Shown piece by piece: positions 43,290 through 57,089 of a stretch of DNA of 64,000 nt. A program made the position numbers and the translations under genes. The notes beneath the pieces are model-generated. The model saw only the letters and a program-made list of their open reading frames with translations, made no database searches and was not told the DNA's origin. How positions within the stretch are numbered: the stretch's first letter is position 1; every line of letters starts with the position of its first letter. Source of the stretch: Eledone cirrhosa (taxonomy: Eukaryota); NCBI GenBank assembly GCA_964016885.1, contig OZ024750.1, forward strand, positions 23,250,001-23,314,000, given 5' to 3'.

Positions 43290-43938
43290 GTGTCACGACA
43301 AAATGCCCAGTCCACACTGTAAAGTGGTTGTGTAGGTGTTACGACAAAATGCCCAGTCCTCACTGTAAAGTTGTCGTGTAGGTGACACGACAAAATGCCC
43401 AGTCCACACTGTAAAGTGGTCGTGTAGGTGTTACGACAAAATGCCCAGTCCACACTGTAAAGTGGTCGTGTAGGTGTTACGACAAAAAACACCCAGTCCA
43501 CACTGTAAAGTGGTTGTGTAGGTGTTACGACAAAATGCCCAGTCCACACTGTAAAGTGTTCGTGTAGGTGTTACGACAAAATGCCCAGTCCACACTGTAA
43601 AGTGGTCGTGTAGGTGTTACGACAAAAAACACCCAGTCCACACTGTAAAGTGGTCGTGTAGGTGTTACGACAAAATGCCCAGCCCACACTGTAAAGTTGT
43701 CGTGTGGGTGTTACGACAAAAAGCACCCAGCCCACACTGTAAAGTGGTCGTGTAGGTGTTACGACAAAAAGCCCAGCCCACACTGTAAAGTGGTCGTGTA
43801 GGTGTTACGACAAAATGCCCAGCCCACACTGTAAAGTGGTTGTGTGGGTGTTACGACAAAAAGCACCCAGTCCACACTGTAAAGTGGTCGTGTAGGGGGT
43901 TACGACAAAAAGCACCCAACCTACACTGTAAAGTGGTT
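43290..43938. repeat. 46-48-bp minisatellite, about 14 copies
   Basis: GTGTTACGACAAAATGCCCAGTCCACACTGTAAAGTGGTCGTGTAG. Confidence 0.95.
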
Positions 43939-44086
43939 GGCATTAGCAAGGGCTTCCACCCGTAGAAAACCAGCCAGAAACAGTCCTATGAGCGAGACAC
44001 GGTCACCCGACCCAACCTGCCTCTAAATGGGACAAACCCCTCTGTTCCATGCTAGCGTGGAAGATAGACGTTAATTGATGATGATG
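43930..44086 (+). mobile_element. 3' end of an RTE-tail SINE
   Basis: GTGGTTGGCATTAGCAAGGGC..CCATGCTAGCGTGGAAGATAGACGTTAAT(TGA)n tail. Confidence 0.7.
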
Positions 44087-44171
44087 AGAGAGAGAGAGAC
44101 ACTCTTTTCCTACTATATCAAGCGTTAAACTAATATATTTCTTCATTGTACTGTATTGTTTACTTTGTTGC

Positions 44172-44259
<88 letters not shown>

Positions 44260-44433
44260 AATGAAAAGTATAGAGATTATTGTAGCAAGAAGCCAACAGT
44301 ATTCCATAATATATATATATATCCAGAGTCGAGCTAGATCGATACATATCGAACCTTGAACTGATCAATAGAGAAACGTGCATCACCAACCAGTAAACGT
44401 AATGAAGGAGTAACCATTCGTCTTTGTTTTATT

Positions 44434-44464
<31 letters not shown>

Positions 44465-44574
44465 ATCTATACATCTGTACACATACATAAATACATACAT
44501 ACATACATACATACATACATACATACATACATACGTACGTACATACGTTCATACATACATACGTACGTACAAGT

Positions 44575-44997
44575 ACAGAGAGATCTCCAGATATAAAGCA
44601 ATGCCTGTGCCGTGAAGCTTTTATAGTGAGCAAAGGCACTGCACAAAGCCAGTCCCACTCTCTTAACCAAGATGATATTTACCAAAAAGAAGAACAAGTC
44701 AACATCATTGGATACCATCAGGGCTGCAGGCGTTATATCAGAGTTTTCCTTCTTCTAGAATTCTGCCTTGACAAAGGCTAAGGGGTCATCTCTCCCGGTG
44801 ATTTTGGATGGCCATTGACTCTTAAGAGCTCCTTTGGCCTTTGACGGGTTTTGTTTTTAGTCCTGCAGGATGTCGAAAGTCACCCTCCTCACCAAGAAAC
44901 CTTGGTGGGGTTGCCAGTTTAGTCGCCAACGACCCGACCATGGGACAGGTTGTACTGGGATACATGTTACCAGTAGCACCAACTGGTGACCTGACAT
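44575..44997 (-). mobile_element. Bipartite RTE element, 5' part only
   Basis: Near-identical reverse complement of 23241-23665, flanked by (ACAT/ACGT)n. Confidence 0.9.
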
Positions 44998-45369
44998 CAT
45001 ACATACATACATACGTACGTACATACGTACGTACATACGTACATACGTACGCAACGCCATATAGTGTTGGTGGAGAGTCAGAAAACTTGGTGACGTGATG
45101 TGAAGTCATCGATTACAACAACAACAACAACAACAACAACAACAGCAGCAGCAGCAGCAGCAGCAGATAATGAAACAATAATTGTAATTGTCATGTATAA
45201 TAACAATAGTACTATAATAGTACTGGTGTCTCGGAGGTGGTAGACGACAAATTAATGAGCCAGTGGGGGTGAGGGGTTGTGGTTGGGGCAGAGGGGTTGC
45301 AGTGATGTGATGTACCAACCTCTCTACACCCAAGTCGAGGACCACCATGACCAGTGCCATCACACACAC

Positions 45370-46630
45370 ACACACACCACCACCACCATCACCATCACTA
45401 TCACCATCACCACTACCACCATCATCACCACCACCACTACCACCACCATCACTACAACCACCACCACCACTACCACCATCATCACCACCACCACCACCAC
45501 TACCACCACCATTACTACCACCACCACCATCACTACCACCATCATCACCACCACCACCACCACTACCACCACCATTACTACCACCACCACCATCACTACC
45601 ACCATCATCACCACCACCACCACCACCACACCACTACCACCACCATTACTACCACCACCACCACTACCACCACCACCACTACCACCACCATTACTTCCAC
45701 CACCACCACCACCACCACTACCACCACCATTACTTCCACCACCACCACCACTACTACCACCACCATTACTACCACCACCACCACCACTACCACCACCATT
45801 ACTACCACCACCACCACCACCACCACTACCACCACCATTACTACCACCACCACCACCACCACTACCACCACCATCGCTACCACCATCATCACGACCACCA
45901 CCACCATCACCACCACTACCACCATCATCACCACCACCACCACCATCACTACCACCATCATCACCACCACCAGCAACATCACTACCATCACCACCACTAC
46001 CATCACCACCATCACTACCATCACCACCACCACTACCACCACCACCACCACTACCACCACCACCACCACTACCATCACCACCATCACTACCATCACCACC
46101 ACCACTACCACTACCACCACCACCACCACCATCACCACCACCATATTGACAATTATAATATATTAAATTCATGTGGAAAATGTTATTATTTTTATGGTAA
46201 TGTAATTTCCGGAAGTGTTTTTTTCTGCTATTTCTATAAAAGACATACAATAGACGTATTATATGAATGGAGGAATAAATAAGTGTGGATAAGAGTTATT
46301 TACATGGGTAATATTAAAGCTGGTGTTTCTGTCGTGTAAAATGTCTGTCACGTTGGAAACAGCATGGTGAGAAGGTGAGCAAGAGAGAGAGAAAGAGGGC
46401 GATGGTGGCGGTGGCGATGATGGTAGCGGTGGCGATGATGGTAGTGGTGGTGGTGATGGTAGTGGTGGCGATGATGGTAGTGGTGGTGGTGATGATGGTA
46501 GTGGTGGTGATGATGGTAGTGGTGGTGGTGATGATGGTAGTGGTGGCGATGATGGTAGTGGTGGTGGTGATGATGGTAGTGGTGGCGATGATGGTAGTGG
46601 TGGTGGTGATGATGGTAGTGGTGGCGATGA
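45370..46630. repeat. (CCA/CTA/TCA)n array (45370-46145) and oppositely oriented (TGG/TGA)n array (46398-46630)
   Basis: Direct reading. Confidence 0.9.
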
Positions 46631-48079
46631 CGGAGCGGTGGCAACAGCAACGCCGAAATTTATATTTTTATCTCACGTCTTTATGGAGTGTTGTATCACC
46701 GTGTGTGTTGGGGGGGGGGGGGGGGGGGCATGTATAAGAGAGAGGGGGTGGAGGAGAGAAAAAGAGAGAGGGGTTGAGGGAGAGAGAGAGAAAGAAAGAG
46801 AGAAAGTTTTTTTTGTGTGTGAGAGAGAGAGAAAGAGAGAGGGGGTTGAGAGAGAGAGAGCGCGAGAGAGAGAGAGAGAGAGAGAGAAAGAAAGAGGGAA
46901 AGAGAGAGAGAACGAGAGAGAGAGAACGAGAGGGGGAGAGAGAGATACAACAGAAAATATATTTAATATTTGGTGGTTGTTTATAATTAAATAGGGAAAT
47001 TTCCACGGGGTCAACAGGTATCTATTTTATTAAAGTGCTAACAATATATTACGTGTCGTGTAAAGAATCGATCACGCTGTGGAAAGGGGATGGTAAAAGT
47101 ATGTGTTTTAGAGAGGGAAAGAGGGCGGCGGCGGTGGTGGTGGTGGTGGTGGCGACAACAAACACCGACATTTTTCAAGGTTTAATTTCACGTCTTTATG
47201 GAAAAGTGTGTGTGTGGGGGAGAGGGGGGGTCGTTTGAGTGGGGGTGGTTTCTGTGTGTGCGTGTGTGTGCGCGCACATCTGTTTAGCCTCCCAGATCAG
47301 CATTAACCGAACACACAGACAAAACTTTAATCGAAGACGTTCGAGCCGTAATGAAACTATCCCGTATGTTTTTTTTTTTTATATCATGAACTACATGGAA
47401 TGGAGTTCTGTTAGTTTCGACAGTGATCGTTCTAGTTGTTCAATTCGCGGCACTTCATCAGCGTGAAATTAATGTACGTACCCTTGTCATTCTCAGCGTG
47501 ATTCAATGTAACGCAGTGCGGGACAAGGCTGGCTCTTTGAATTACCAGTTTAGTCCATCGAACGAGCTTCAAAATAGTTTTCAGCTATCCAGTTTCAATC
47601 ATAAAACTTAGGTCGATTGAGGTCTAGGGTGTATCAAAAAAGAAAAAAAGAAAAAAAACATGTCCAAGATGTCACCCAGTGGGAACGAACCCGGAGCCGC
47701 GTGATTGCGAGAACTTCCTAAGCATACGATAAATAATGCCCAAGATGTCACTCAGTGGGAACGAACACGGAGCCTGGTGATTGCGAAGAGAACTTCCTTA
47801 GCATACGATTCGTATTACAGTGGATTGGCAGAGTAGGTAGAGCGTCAGACACCATGCTTTGTAGCATTATAAAGCACTCAACAAATAATTGGAGTAAAAA
47901 TACGATATTAACAAATGGAAACTATATTTATAAAACTATATTTATTTCATTATACATATTTCAAGGACACCAAGTTAAATTATGGTGTGCTTTCATCAGA
48001 TAAAATATAATATAGAGCAGTTTTATAAATAAATATTGACATACCCTTAAAGAATGCAACCATTACTGTTGGAAGCTCC

Positions 48080-48132
<53 letters not shown>

Positions 48133-48507
48133 GTGTGTGTATATATATATATACACACACACACATGTGTGTGTGTAATTCTCTCAGACGTCGTAGTATT
48201 TCAGAGATTCTGATGCTAAATATATCATATGTTTCTTGGACAGATTTATTTCAAATTTCCGCAAAAACAAACATATTCATTCATTCAATCATTCATTCAA
48301 GTATTTCTTCTAAAATCAACTTACATAAGCTTTTCTGTACTTGTCCATGTTTGTGATAAACATCTGATTTCCACCAGAAACTCTTTAAGAATGCTACCAT
48401 TGTTCCAAAGCACCGTTGTGAGAAGCAGTATTCTTTGTTTATTACAGCAGAACACTTACTCCAGACATGATATTCGTGCTATAATATCTGTATAGTATTA
48501 TATGCTG

Positions 48508-49101
48508 TAATTGTTTATACTTTTGGCACAAGACCAGCAAAGTTAACTTCGGCGGGATTTGAACTCAGAATGGCAAGGGCCGTAACTCTATGCGTCAAAG
48601 CATGGCGTCCGACCCTCTACCGATACTGCCAATCCACCGCTCTAATAATAATGGTTTCTTTTATAAGCACAAGGCCAGCAAAGTTGGTGGTGGGGGGGGG
48701 GGAGTCGATCAAGTCGACCAGTGCGTGACTGGTATTTTATTTTATCGACCCCGTAAGGATAAAAGGCAAAGTTAACCTCTGCGGGATTTGAACTCAGATC
48801 ATAAAGGGCCCTAACTCTATGCTGCAAAGCATGGCGTCCGACCCACTACCGATACTGCCAATCCCCCACCCTAATAATAATAATGATAATAATGATTTCT
48901 ACTTTAGGCACAAGGCCAGCAATTTGGGGGGAGGGGAAAAGTTAATGAAATCGACCCCAATGTATTACTGGTGCTTTATTTTATGAACCCCGTAAGGATG
49001 AAAAGCAAAGCTAGCTTCGGCAGGATTTGAACTCAGAATGTAACTCTATGTCGCGAAGCAGGTTGTTCGACGGTCTACCGACTCTGTCATTCCATCACCC
49101 T
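48508..49101 (-). mobile_element. Three head-to-tail SINE family A copies
   Basis: Units separated by TAATAATAAT. Confidence 0.9.
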
Positions 49102-49288
49102 AATAATAACAATAATAATGATAATAATAAGAAGAAGAAGAAGAAAGTAGCCTAAATTGGTGAGATCGATATCAAATTACACCAAGTTCCACTTAAAAAG
49201 TGATGTTGGTAATAATTACGAATATTTATGACAAATAGTTTTGCCTCCTAGTATAACAGAAAATTGGAAATAAGACTCCTAGAATCTG

Positions 49289-49352
<64 letters not shown>

Positions 49353-49492
49353 TCTATCTATCTATCTAGCTCTCTCATATTCTTGCTGGCAAATGATCTA
49401 TATTTTAATATCAGTACAGTTTCTTTGTCCGTCTGTCACACGAACGCTACATTCCGTAAAAAAAAGTTCTAAAACTTATATATATATATATA

Positions 49493-49720
49493 ATAGTAGA
49501 ATACTGGAGGATTATATCCGTAGTAGTAGAGCACTCAGTCCATGGGTAGAAGTTTGGTAGAAGTAGTTCCACAGCAGTTAGTTCACCATACCGAGAGTTC
49601 GGCCTGAGTGAAGTTGTACGGAAAAAGGTTTTTCCGTACAACTTCACTCAGACCGAGCTGAAGATCCGCATAAGGTGAAACGTGTGTTCTCAGTATGGTG
49701 AACTAACTGTTGTGGAACTA

Positions 49721-49723
<3 letters not shown>
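49493..49723 (+). ncRNA. Rod-like inverted repeat containing a minimal hammerhead-like core
   Basis: Outer arms 49561-49596 / 49688-49723, inner perfect 23-bp hairpin; CTGAAGA 49658-49664, GAAAC 49677-49681, GTT 49686-49688. Confidence 0.55.
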
Positions 49724-49799
<76 letters not shown>

Positions 49800-49918
49800 G
49801 GAAACTTAGTAAAATCGAATCTCTGGCGGTTTGCAAGCAAATTCGGCGTACTTATATGAAATGATGAGTTAGCAAAGCACTCAATAAGTTAGGTCCTATA
49901 TATATATATGTATATATG

Positions 49919-49961
<43 letters not shown>

Positions 49962-49965
<4 letters not shown>

Positions 49966-50134
49966 AAGTATGACCCCGACGGCAGAGCTCAAGCCGTTTC
50001 GACGGTCCAGAAATAGCCGTCGAAACGGCTTGAGCTCTGCCGTCGGGGTCATACTTTTTCCTATTTCCCACTCTACTACTCTAAGTATTGAGTACTCTGG
50101 TGCGTTATGGTCCATCTAGTTCCTTACCACAATT

Positions 50135-50137
<3 letters not shown>
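49962..50137. mobile_element. Hairpin mini-element, copy 1, in (TA)n
   Basis: Perfect 44-bp arms 49962-50005 / 50017-50060, 11-nt loop, 77-nt tail. Confidence 0.85.
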
Positions 50138-50188
<51 letters not shown>

Positions 50189-50851
50189 TATTATGTTACT
50201 GTTGGTTCACCAAATTGAGCACTCGATGCGTAGGTGGGCCCGTTTAAATCTAGTACGTGGTGTTACACATCTGGTGGTAAACTATGGTCGTTTTCGTATA
50301 AGACGAAACATTCTTGTTTGTATTTGTTATATAGCTTTTGAGGAGTTGGTTTATTCCAGTTAAACAGTGTCGTCTTAAAGTTATCTGCCAAACAGAGAAA
50401 CGCCCAAAGACCAGGTAGTGGTATTTAAACGAGGTGATAGATTAAGTCTACCAACCCGGAATATGACTGTTGCTCCTTCAGACAGGCTTCGTAATAGTTT
50501 CCGTCAACTAAAATTCACTCACAGGTCTATGGTAAAAATACGTTACTTACCCACAAAAGAAGTGCAATAAGATTGAATCTGAAACTACGCAATTCCGAAG
50601 TGAACTTTTAAGCACACAACCATGTGTGTGCAACTTTTTTATACCAACCCACAATGAAACTAAACGACTACTTTTTTTTTAAAGGGTTCCTATCTAAATT
50701 AAATTCCCCGAACATAATTTTATATAAGAACCATCTGTTAAATTTACTTCTATCTTAGTAATGAAAGATTAATTTTAATAATTCCGTCTAACTTCTTCAT
50801 TAATTAATTGAAATAGTGTGTATTTCATTAACGAGCGGTTTAAATAATAAT

Positions 50852-51230
50852 AACTGTTTCTACTTTTGGCACAAGGCCAGCAATTATCCCAGTGCATTAC
50901 TGGTACTTTATTTTATCGACCCCGTAAGGATGAAAGGCAAAGTCAACCTCGGCGGGATTTGAACTCAGATCGTAAAGGGACGTAACTATGCTGGAAAGCA
51001 TGGTGTCTGACCCTCTACCGAATGATTTCTATTATAGGCACAAGGCCAGTAATTTGGGGAGAGAAGAAAAGTCGATTAAATCGACCCCTGTGCGTGACTG
51101 GTGCTTTATTTTATCGACCCCGTAAGGATGAAAGGCAAAGCTAACCTCGGCGGGATTTGAACTCAGAACGTAAAGTGCAATAACTGTATGCTGAAAAGCA
51201 TGGTGTCTGACGCTCTACCGATACTGCAAA
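50852..51230 (-). mobile_element. Two tandem SINE family A copies (short plus long variant)
   Basis: Family hallmark sequence twice. Confidence 0.9.
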
Positions 51231-52807
51231 ATAATAATAATAATTAATAAAATGGACCTCGGTCAGTTACGATGAGGAGTGGTTCAGTCGTTCGGTTAAA
51301 GAAACGACCTACTTGTTAAATTGCCCCCTAGTATAATGGCTCGCTTGGAGGTTATATTGTGTGCACTTGATGATCAGAGTAGTGTAAGCTCTCTTAAGCA
51401 CTGGCCCAATTGGGAGCAATGGTGTAATTAGCTGAAGTCTGGTGCTACCTAATATGACAAAGATTGGAAATAGGATTCTCAGAAGCGGGTTACATCGCTC
51501 TCCTTCTCTCTCACACCCACTGCCTCTCCCCTCTCTCTCTCTCACCCACTGTCTCTCCCTCTCTCACTAACACTCACTGTCTCTCCCTCTCTCTCACACC
51601 CACTTCCTCTCTCCCCCTCTCTCTCTCTCTCACACCCACTTCCTCTCTCTCTCTCTGTTCTCCCTCTCTGCTCTCCCTCTCTGCTCTCCCCCTCTCTCTC
51701 TGCTCTCCCTCTCTCTCTCACCTACTGTCTCTCCCTCTCTCTTTCTCACACCCAGTCTCTCCCTCTCCGCCCCTCTCTCTGTTACATTATGTCACCAAAT
51801 GAAATATTTTTAATTAATCGTCGTTTCTGTTTAAAACGAGATGTTCTCCTCCTTGTAAATATGTTATAAACTCCGTGGGAGTTAGCTTATTTCAGTTTAA
51901 AAGGTGTCGTCTGCTAGCTACTCCCAAACAGAGAAATAATTTCGTAAATTACAGGCAAAGAGCAACGTTCGTTCCCAAATTCATCAGCTTTGATAATAAG
52001 GTTTTTAACTTCTTTTTTTAATTTAATTTTTTGGGGGGGTTTTTTTTTTAGAGAAAACGATATAGAAAGAAAGTGGTAGTAGTAGAGAGAGAAAGGGGGG
52101 TGGCGGGTGAAAGAGGATGGGAGGGGTTAAATTAAAGAGAGATAGGGAGAGATGGAGAGAGGGAAGAAGATGGAGATTTTGAGATTGAGATAGGGCATTG
52201 AAAGAGGGGACGAGAGTGAGAGAGAGAGAGAGAGAGTGCGACAGATAGAGGGCAGGTGAGAGAAAAAATAGGGGATGCGAAGAATTAAAGAGTGGTTGGG
52301 GAGAGAGAGAGGGAGTGTGTGGCTAGTGATAAGTTAGGACGATGGTGGGAGGGTTGGTGAGAGGAATTAGAGAAAGAGAGAGGGAGAGAGTGAGATGTTG
52401 ACGTCATTCTATGAGAAAGTGATGCTGATAGTAATAACATTTTAAAATGCCAGATTAATTAGAGAGGTGGGTGGTGAGGGGAAGACGGGGTGGTGACTAT
52501 ATATAGGGGGAGGGTGGGGTGGTGGGAAGAGGAAAATAAAGAAAAAAATTAAGGAAATCATAAAAGAAATAAAAAAATAAAATCACACCAATTGGTGGCG
52601 GCGGCAGCGGTGGTGGGTGGAGTGGGGGTAGTGTTGGAGGTGATGGTAATGGTGGCGGCGGTGGCAGTGTGGGGTGGGGGTGGGGGGGTAATGGTGGCGG
52701 TGGTGGTGGTTTTGGGGGTGATGGTGGTGGCTGCTGTTTTAATCCTCGACAATTACTGCTTATGCATGGGTTGGTAGTTTGTTGTTGCACCGCACACGGA
52801 CACGCAT

Positions 52808-52838
<31 letters not shown>

Positions 52839-53056
52839 CATACACACACATATATATATATACCATATATATACATACACACATATATATATATATATAC
52901 ACACATATCCATACATACACACATATATATATATATACACACATATATACATACACACATATATATATATATATATACACACATATATACATACACACAC
53001 ACATATATATATATACACACACATACATACATACACACATACATATATATATATAC

Positions 53057-53091
<35 letters not shown>

Positions 53092-53196
53092 CAGACAAAT
53101 ACATACATATATATATATATATATACAGACAAATACATACATATATATATATATGCACGTAAACATGCATACCCATCACATACATTTTAATCTCAA

Positions 53197-53227
<31 letters not shown>

Positions 53228-53273
53228 AATACACACATGTAAACATGCATACCGCTCGGATACATTATAATCA

Positions 53274-53307
<34 letters not shown>

Positions 53308-53977
53308 CACAAACACACACGTACACACACACACACACACGCACAAACACACACGTACACACGTACACCATACACCTACACAGTCACTTCCAGAAGACAA
53401 CTGTAATTCCACATTAACTAGAAGCGTCTGTGGAAACCTTTTAAACAACAATGGCGCTGTCTTCATTGGGAAGTTTCATTGTGCGTTTTATTGTAGAGAG
53501 ATAATGAAATCTATTGGAACACACTGAACAAACAGAATATTCTAGACTATGGAGAGAGATATGATGTCTTTGACTGGTGCCAAACTGTGTCAATGAGAGA
53601 GGAAGTAATGTGTGTGAAATATTACTTGCTGCATGTCAGATTAGATATATATATATATTATACACCAGTGGATTGTTAAGGTAGCGATGTATGTATGTAT
53701 GTGTGTGTATGTGTGTATATGTATGTATGTATGTGTGTATGTATGAATGTTTATATGTATGTATGAGTGTGGATAGGCAGGTAGGTATGCATTCATCATG
53801 CTTCTGTGTGTGTGTGTGTGAGTGGGTGTGTGTGAGAGAGAGTGGGTGTGCATGGTGAGGTAATTGAAGGTATAATTCTCTCAGCAAAAAATATGCACTC
53901 TACTTATATATTTACATATATATTATATGACTGCTGTATGACCACACACACACACACACACACAGACACACACACAA

Positions 53978-54040
<63 letters not shown>

Positions 54041-54099
54041 TACTGCAGATATCTAAATATTGCCATTCAGCAGTAGCTTTGAAAAGTTGCCGCACTGTA

Positions 54100-54195
54100 C
54101 CTTTGATAAGTCACCCTACAGTGTCTTTGATAAGTCACCGTACAGTGTCTTTGATAAGTCACCCTACAGTGTCTTTGGATAAGTCACCGTACAGT
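54100..54195. repeat. 24-bp minisatellite, about 4 copies
   Basis: CTTTGATAAGTCACC(C/G)TACAGTGT. Confidence 0.9.
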
Positions 54196-54932
54196 AGCTT
54201 TGAATTTAAAGCATTTTTTGTCCAAAATATCGATCGTTCCACTCAGTGATTGAGAAAAATTAAAGAAAACATTGCCTGTAATTTACCAATCCATGTACCT
54301 TCTGGTACCACTCTACATGTACCTTAAGGTACTACTTTAAATGTATCTTTTGGTACCACTTTACAGTAAGCTATCACTCTCCAGTATGATGCCTCTGTAC
54401 TGTAAGGTACCACCGAGAGATGGCCAAGCAAGTTATTCTATACATAAACCCATAGAGAATGTAAAGATGGGAATATACTTATCAGACCTATTGCACTATT
54501 TTTTCTGGCTCTTTACATTCTTAGTGAAAATCCTGTCGAGGTCAACTTTGCCTTTCACCTTTCGAGGGTCGATAAATAAAGTAGCAACCATATGCAGGGC
54601 TTGATTTAATCAATTTTGCCCGTCCTTTAAATTCACTGGCCTTGTGCCTAAATTAGAAATCAATATTTTTATTTGACCTAATTTCATTCCGAAATCTTTA
54701 GAACTCCGAAGAGGCCAAAGTAAAAATACTTTGTTGATTTACTCTTGGCATCTCCTTAACTCATTACCAGGTTTAATTAACGCTGATAAGAGGGCACATC
54801 CATATACTGAGCCAAATATGTGTTCACATAAATACTCAGACAGACACATTATACATATATTTACACATAACCTCCATTCAGTTTTAAAACATAATTCTTA
54901 CCCACACTGTCGTCAAGGCCACTTTTATCATT

Positions 54933-55110
54933 AATTGTTTCTATTTTAGGCACAAGGCCAGCAATTACCCAGTACATTACTCGTACTTTATTTTATCGAC
55001 CCCGTAAGGATGAAAGGCAAAGTTAACCTCGGCCGGATTTGAACTCAGATCGTAAAGGGACGTAACTATGCAGGAAAGCATGCCCGACCCTCTACCGATA
55101 CTGCCAATCA
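54933..55110 (-). mobile_element. SINE family A, short variant
   Basis: Family hallmark sequence. Confidence 0.9.
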
Positions 55111-57089
55111 TTAATGCCAACTAAGCGGCCACCAATGGCACAGATTTCAGAAAGGAGAATTACTGAACCTTAAATGATCACAGTTTTATACATATTTGTA
55201 TAATTAAATTAAATATATAATAATTTTCTGCAATCAATATATAAATTGCTAAACATTTTTGCCGCCTTGCAGTATTATGAAAATATTCAAAGCGGTGCAG
55301 GGGGTCGTATGGCATTACGAACTGCCACATGATTTGGCGTGGGTGAGTGTGGGCTGTATAGTGAAATTGCAGGCTTAGTAATTTTCTTAGTGTGGTCAGA
55401 GCAAGAAGTCTCAAAACCTATATTTGTCTGCTTACTAAACTGCAATTGATGTTATTTAGCTGACTCCATTCTGTTGCAAGCATTTTGGCCAAGTCTCTGG
55501 TTTGAGGACAGATTCCTTCCTCCCTCCCTCTTCAGTCTCAGAGGTCTGTGACAAAACAGCCCCTCACCCCACCCCACCCCCAAAAAACAACACTTAAACA
55601 GGCGGCAAATTAGCGAAGTGTTTTGGACGTTGAATCAAATGCCACGATATCTTTATCGGTTCACTGTACTCTGAGTTCAAATCCCGACGAGGTCAACTTT
55701 GTAATCCTTTCGAGGTCGCTAAAAAACGAAGTAATCTAGGGCCGGTGAATTAATGGAATTGTTAATGGGTTTCGGTATCTGATCCGGATCTGTGGATTCT
55801 GAGTTCAAATCCTGCCCCCTCCATCTGCCAGGAGCTGAGACCCGCGGATACTATCAGCAATGGAAAGATCTTTGGGAATATAGTTTCTTTGGTCCGATCT
55901 TTTCGATCAGCCACTTTTTATACACAGTAAAATCAAATGTGTATAATTGTGCGTTGTGTGTGTGCGTGTGTGTATGTGTGTGTGTGGGGGGGGGGGGGGG
56001 GGGGATCCAGCTGTAGTCAGCTGTGTAGATGTCTCGTAACTCTGTACTGTAAGTAAATTGATTTAGTCCAAGAGCAGAAATCACAAACGAAAAGAGAGAA
56101 AAGGAGATCAAAGTAAATAATGAATTTAATCAATAAATAAAAAAAACATTAAAGGAAGAATAGAATAAGAGAATACGTAAGTAAAGAAGACGATAATAAG
56201 AGAATAAGAGAATACATAAAGGAATAAATAAAGAATACGATAATAAGAGAATGTGAGAATGAATAAGTGAGTAAGGAAGAAGAGAATAAGAGAATAAGCG
56301 AGTAAGTAAGGAAGAAGAGAATAAGAGAATAAGAGATAAGCGAGTAAGGAAGAAGAGAATAAGAGAATAAATAAGCGAGTAAGTAAGAATAGAATAAAAG
56401 AATATTACTAGGTCTGTCTTACTTTCAATAACTAATGGAAGAAGGTAGGATGAAATTTCAAACCAGGAGATTTTGACCTTTGATCGGTGGTGATTATTTA
56501 TTTATTGTGTTACCCAATGATTAAAAAGAGATGTAGCCATGGTCCTTTGAAGCCCTTTGAGACTGGTGACATTAAACATCCAGTTAGTCCGATACTCAGT
56601 CTAAGAAAGAATGAAATATGGTATAGATAGTCTACCTCTAACAGGTCTTGGAGACCCTAAAGAGGGTCTCCAAGCATTCCCTTCCTCCCGTCTAAACAAT
56701 AAGGTAAATAAATAGATAGTTACATTAAAGAACATCTCACAATTAAGTATATCTACCCCGAGATCGAGGAGATCTCTGTGTGTGATAAATACTTACAATT
56801 ACCCACAAAATGGCTACCGCTATCAATTCTTCCTACTGGACGGATTTCAGTTGTTACTTCAATCTATTTATTTATTCAACTCGTTGGTCAAATATAATGG
56901 TGATATATATATGTATACACACACACACACACACATACACATACACACACACTCATACACGCGCGCGCGCGCGCACATACACACACACACTCACATATAT
57001 ATATATATGTATGTGTATATGTATCAATGTATGTATGAATATATGTATGTATGTGTGTGAATGTGTATGTATGTATGTTTGTATATTTG

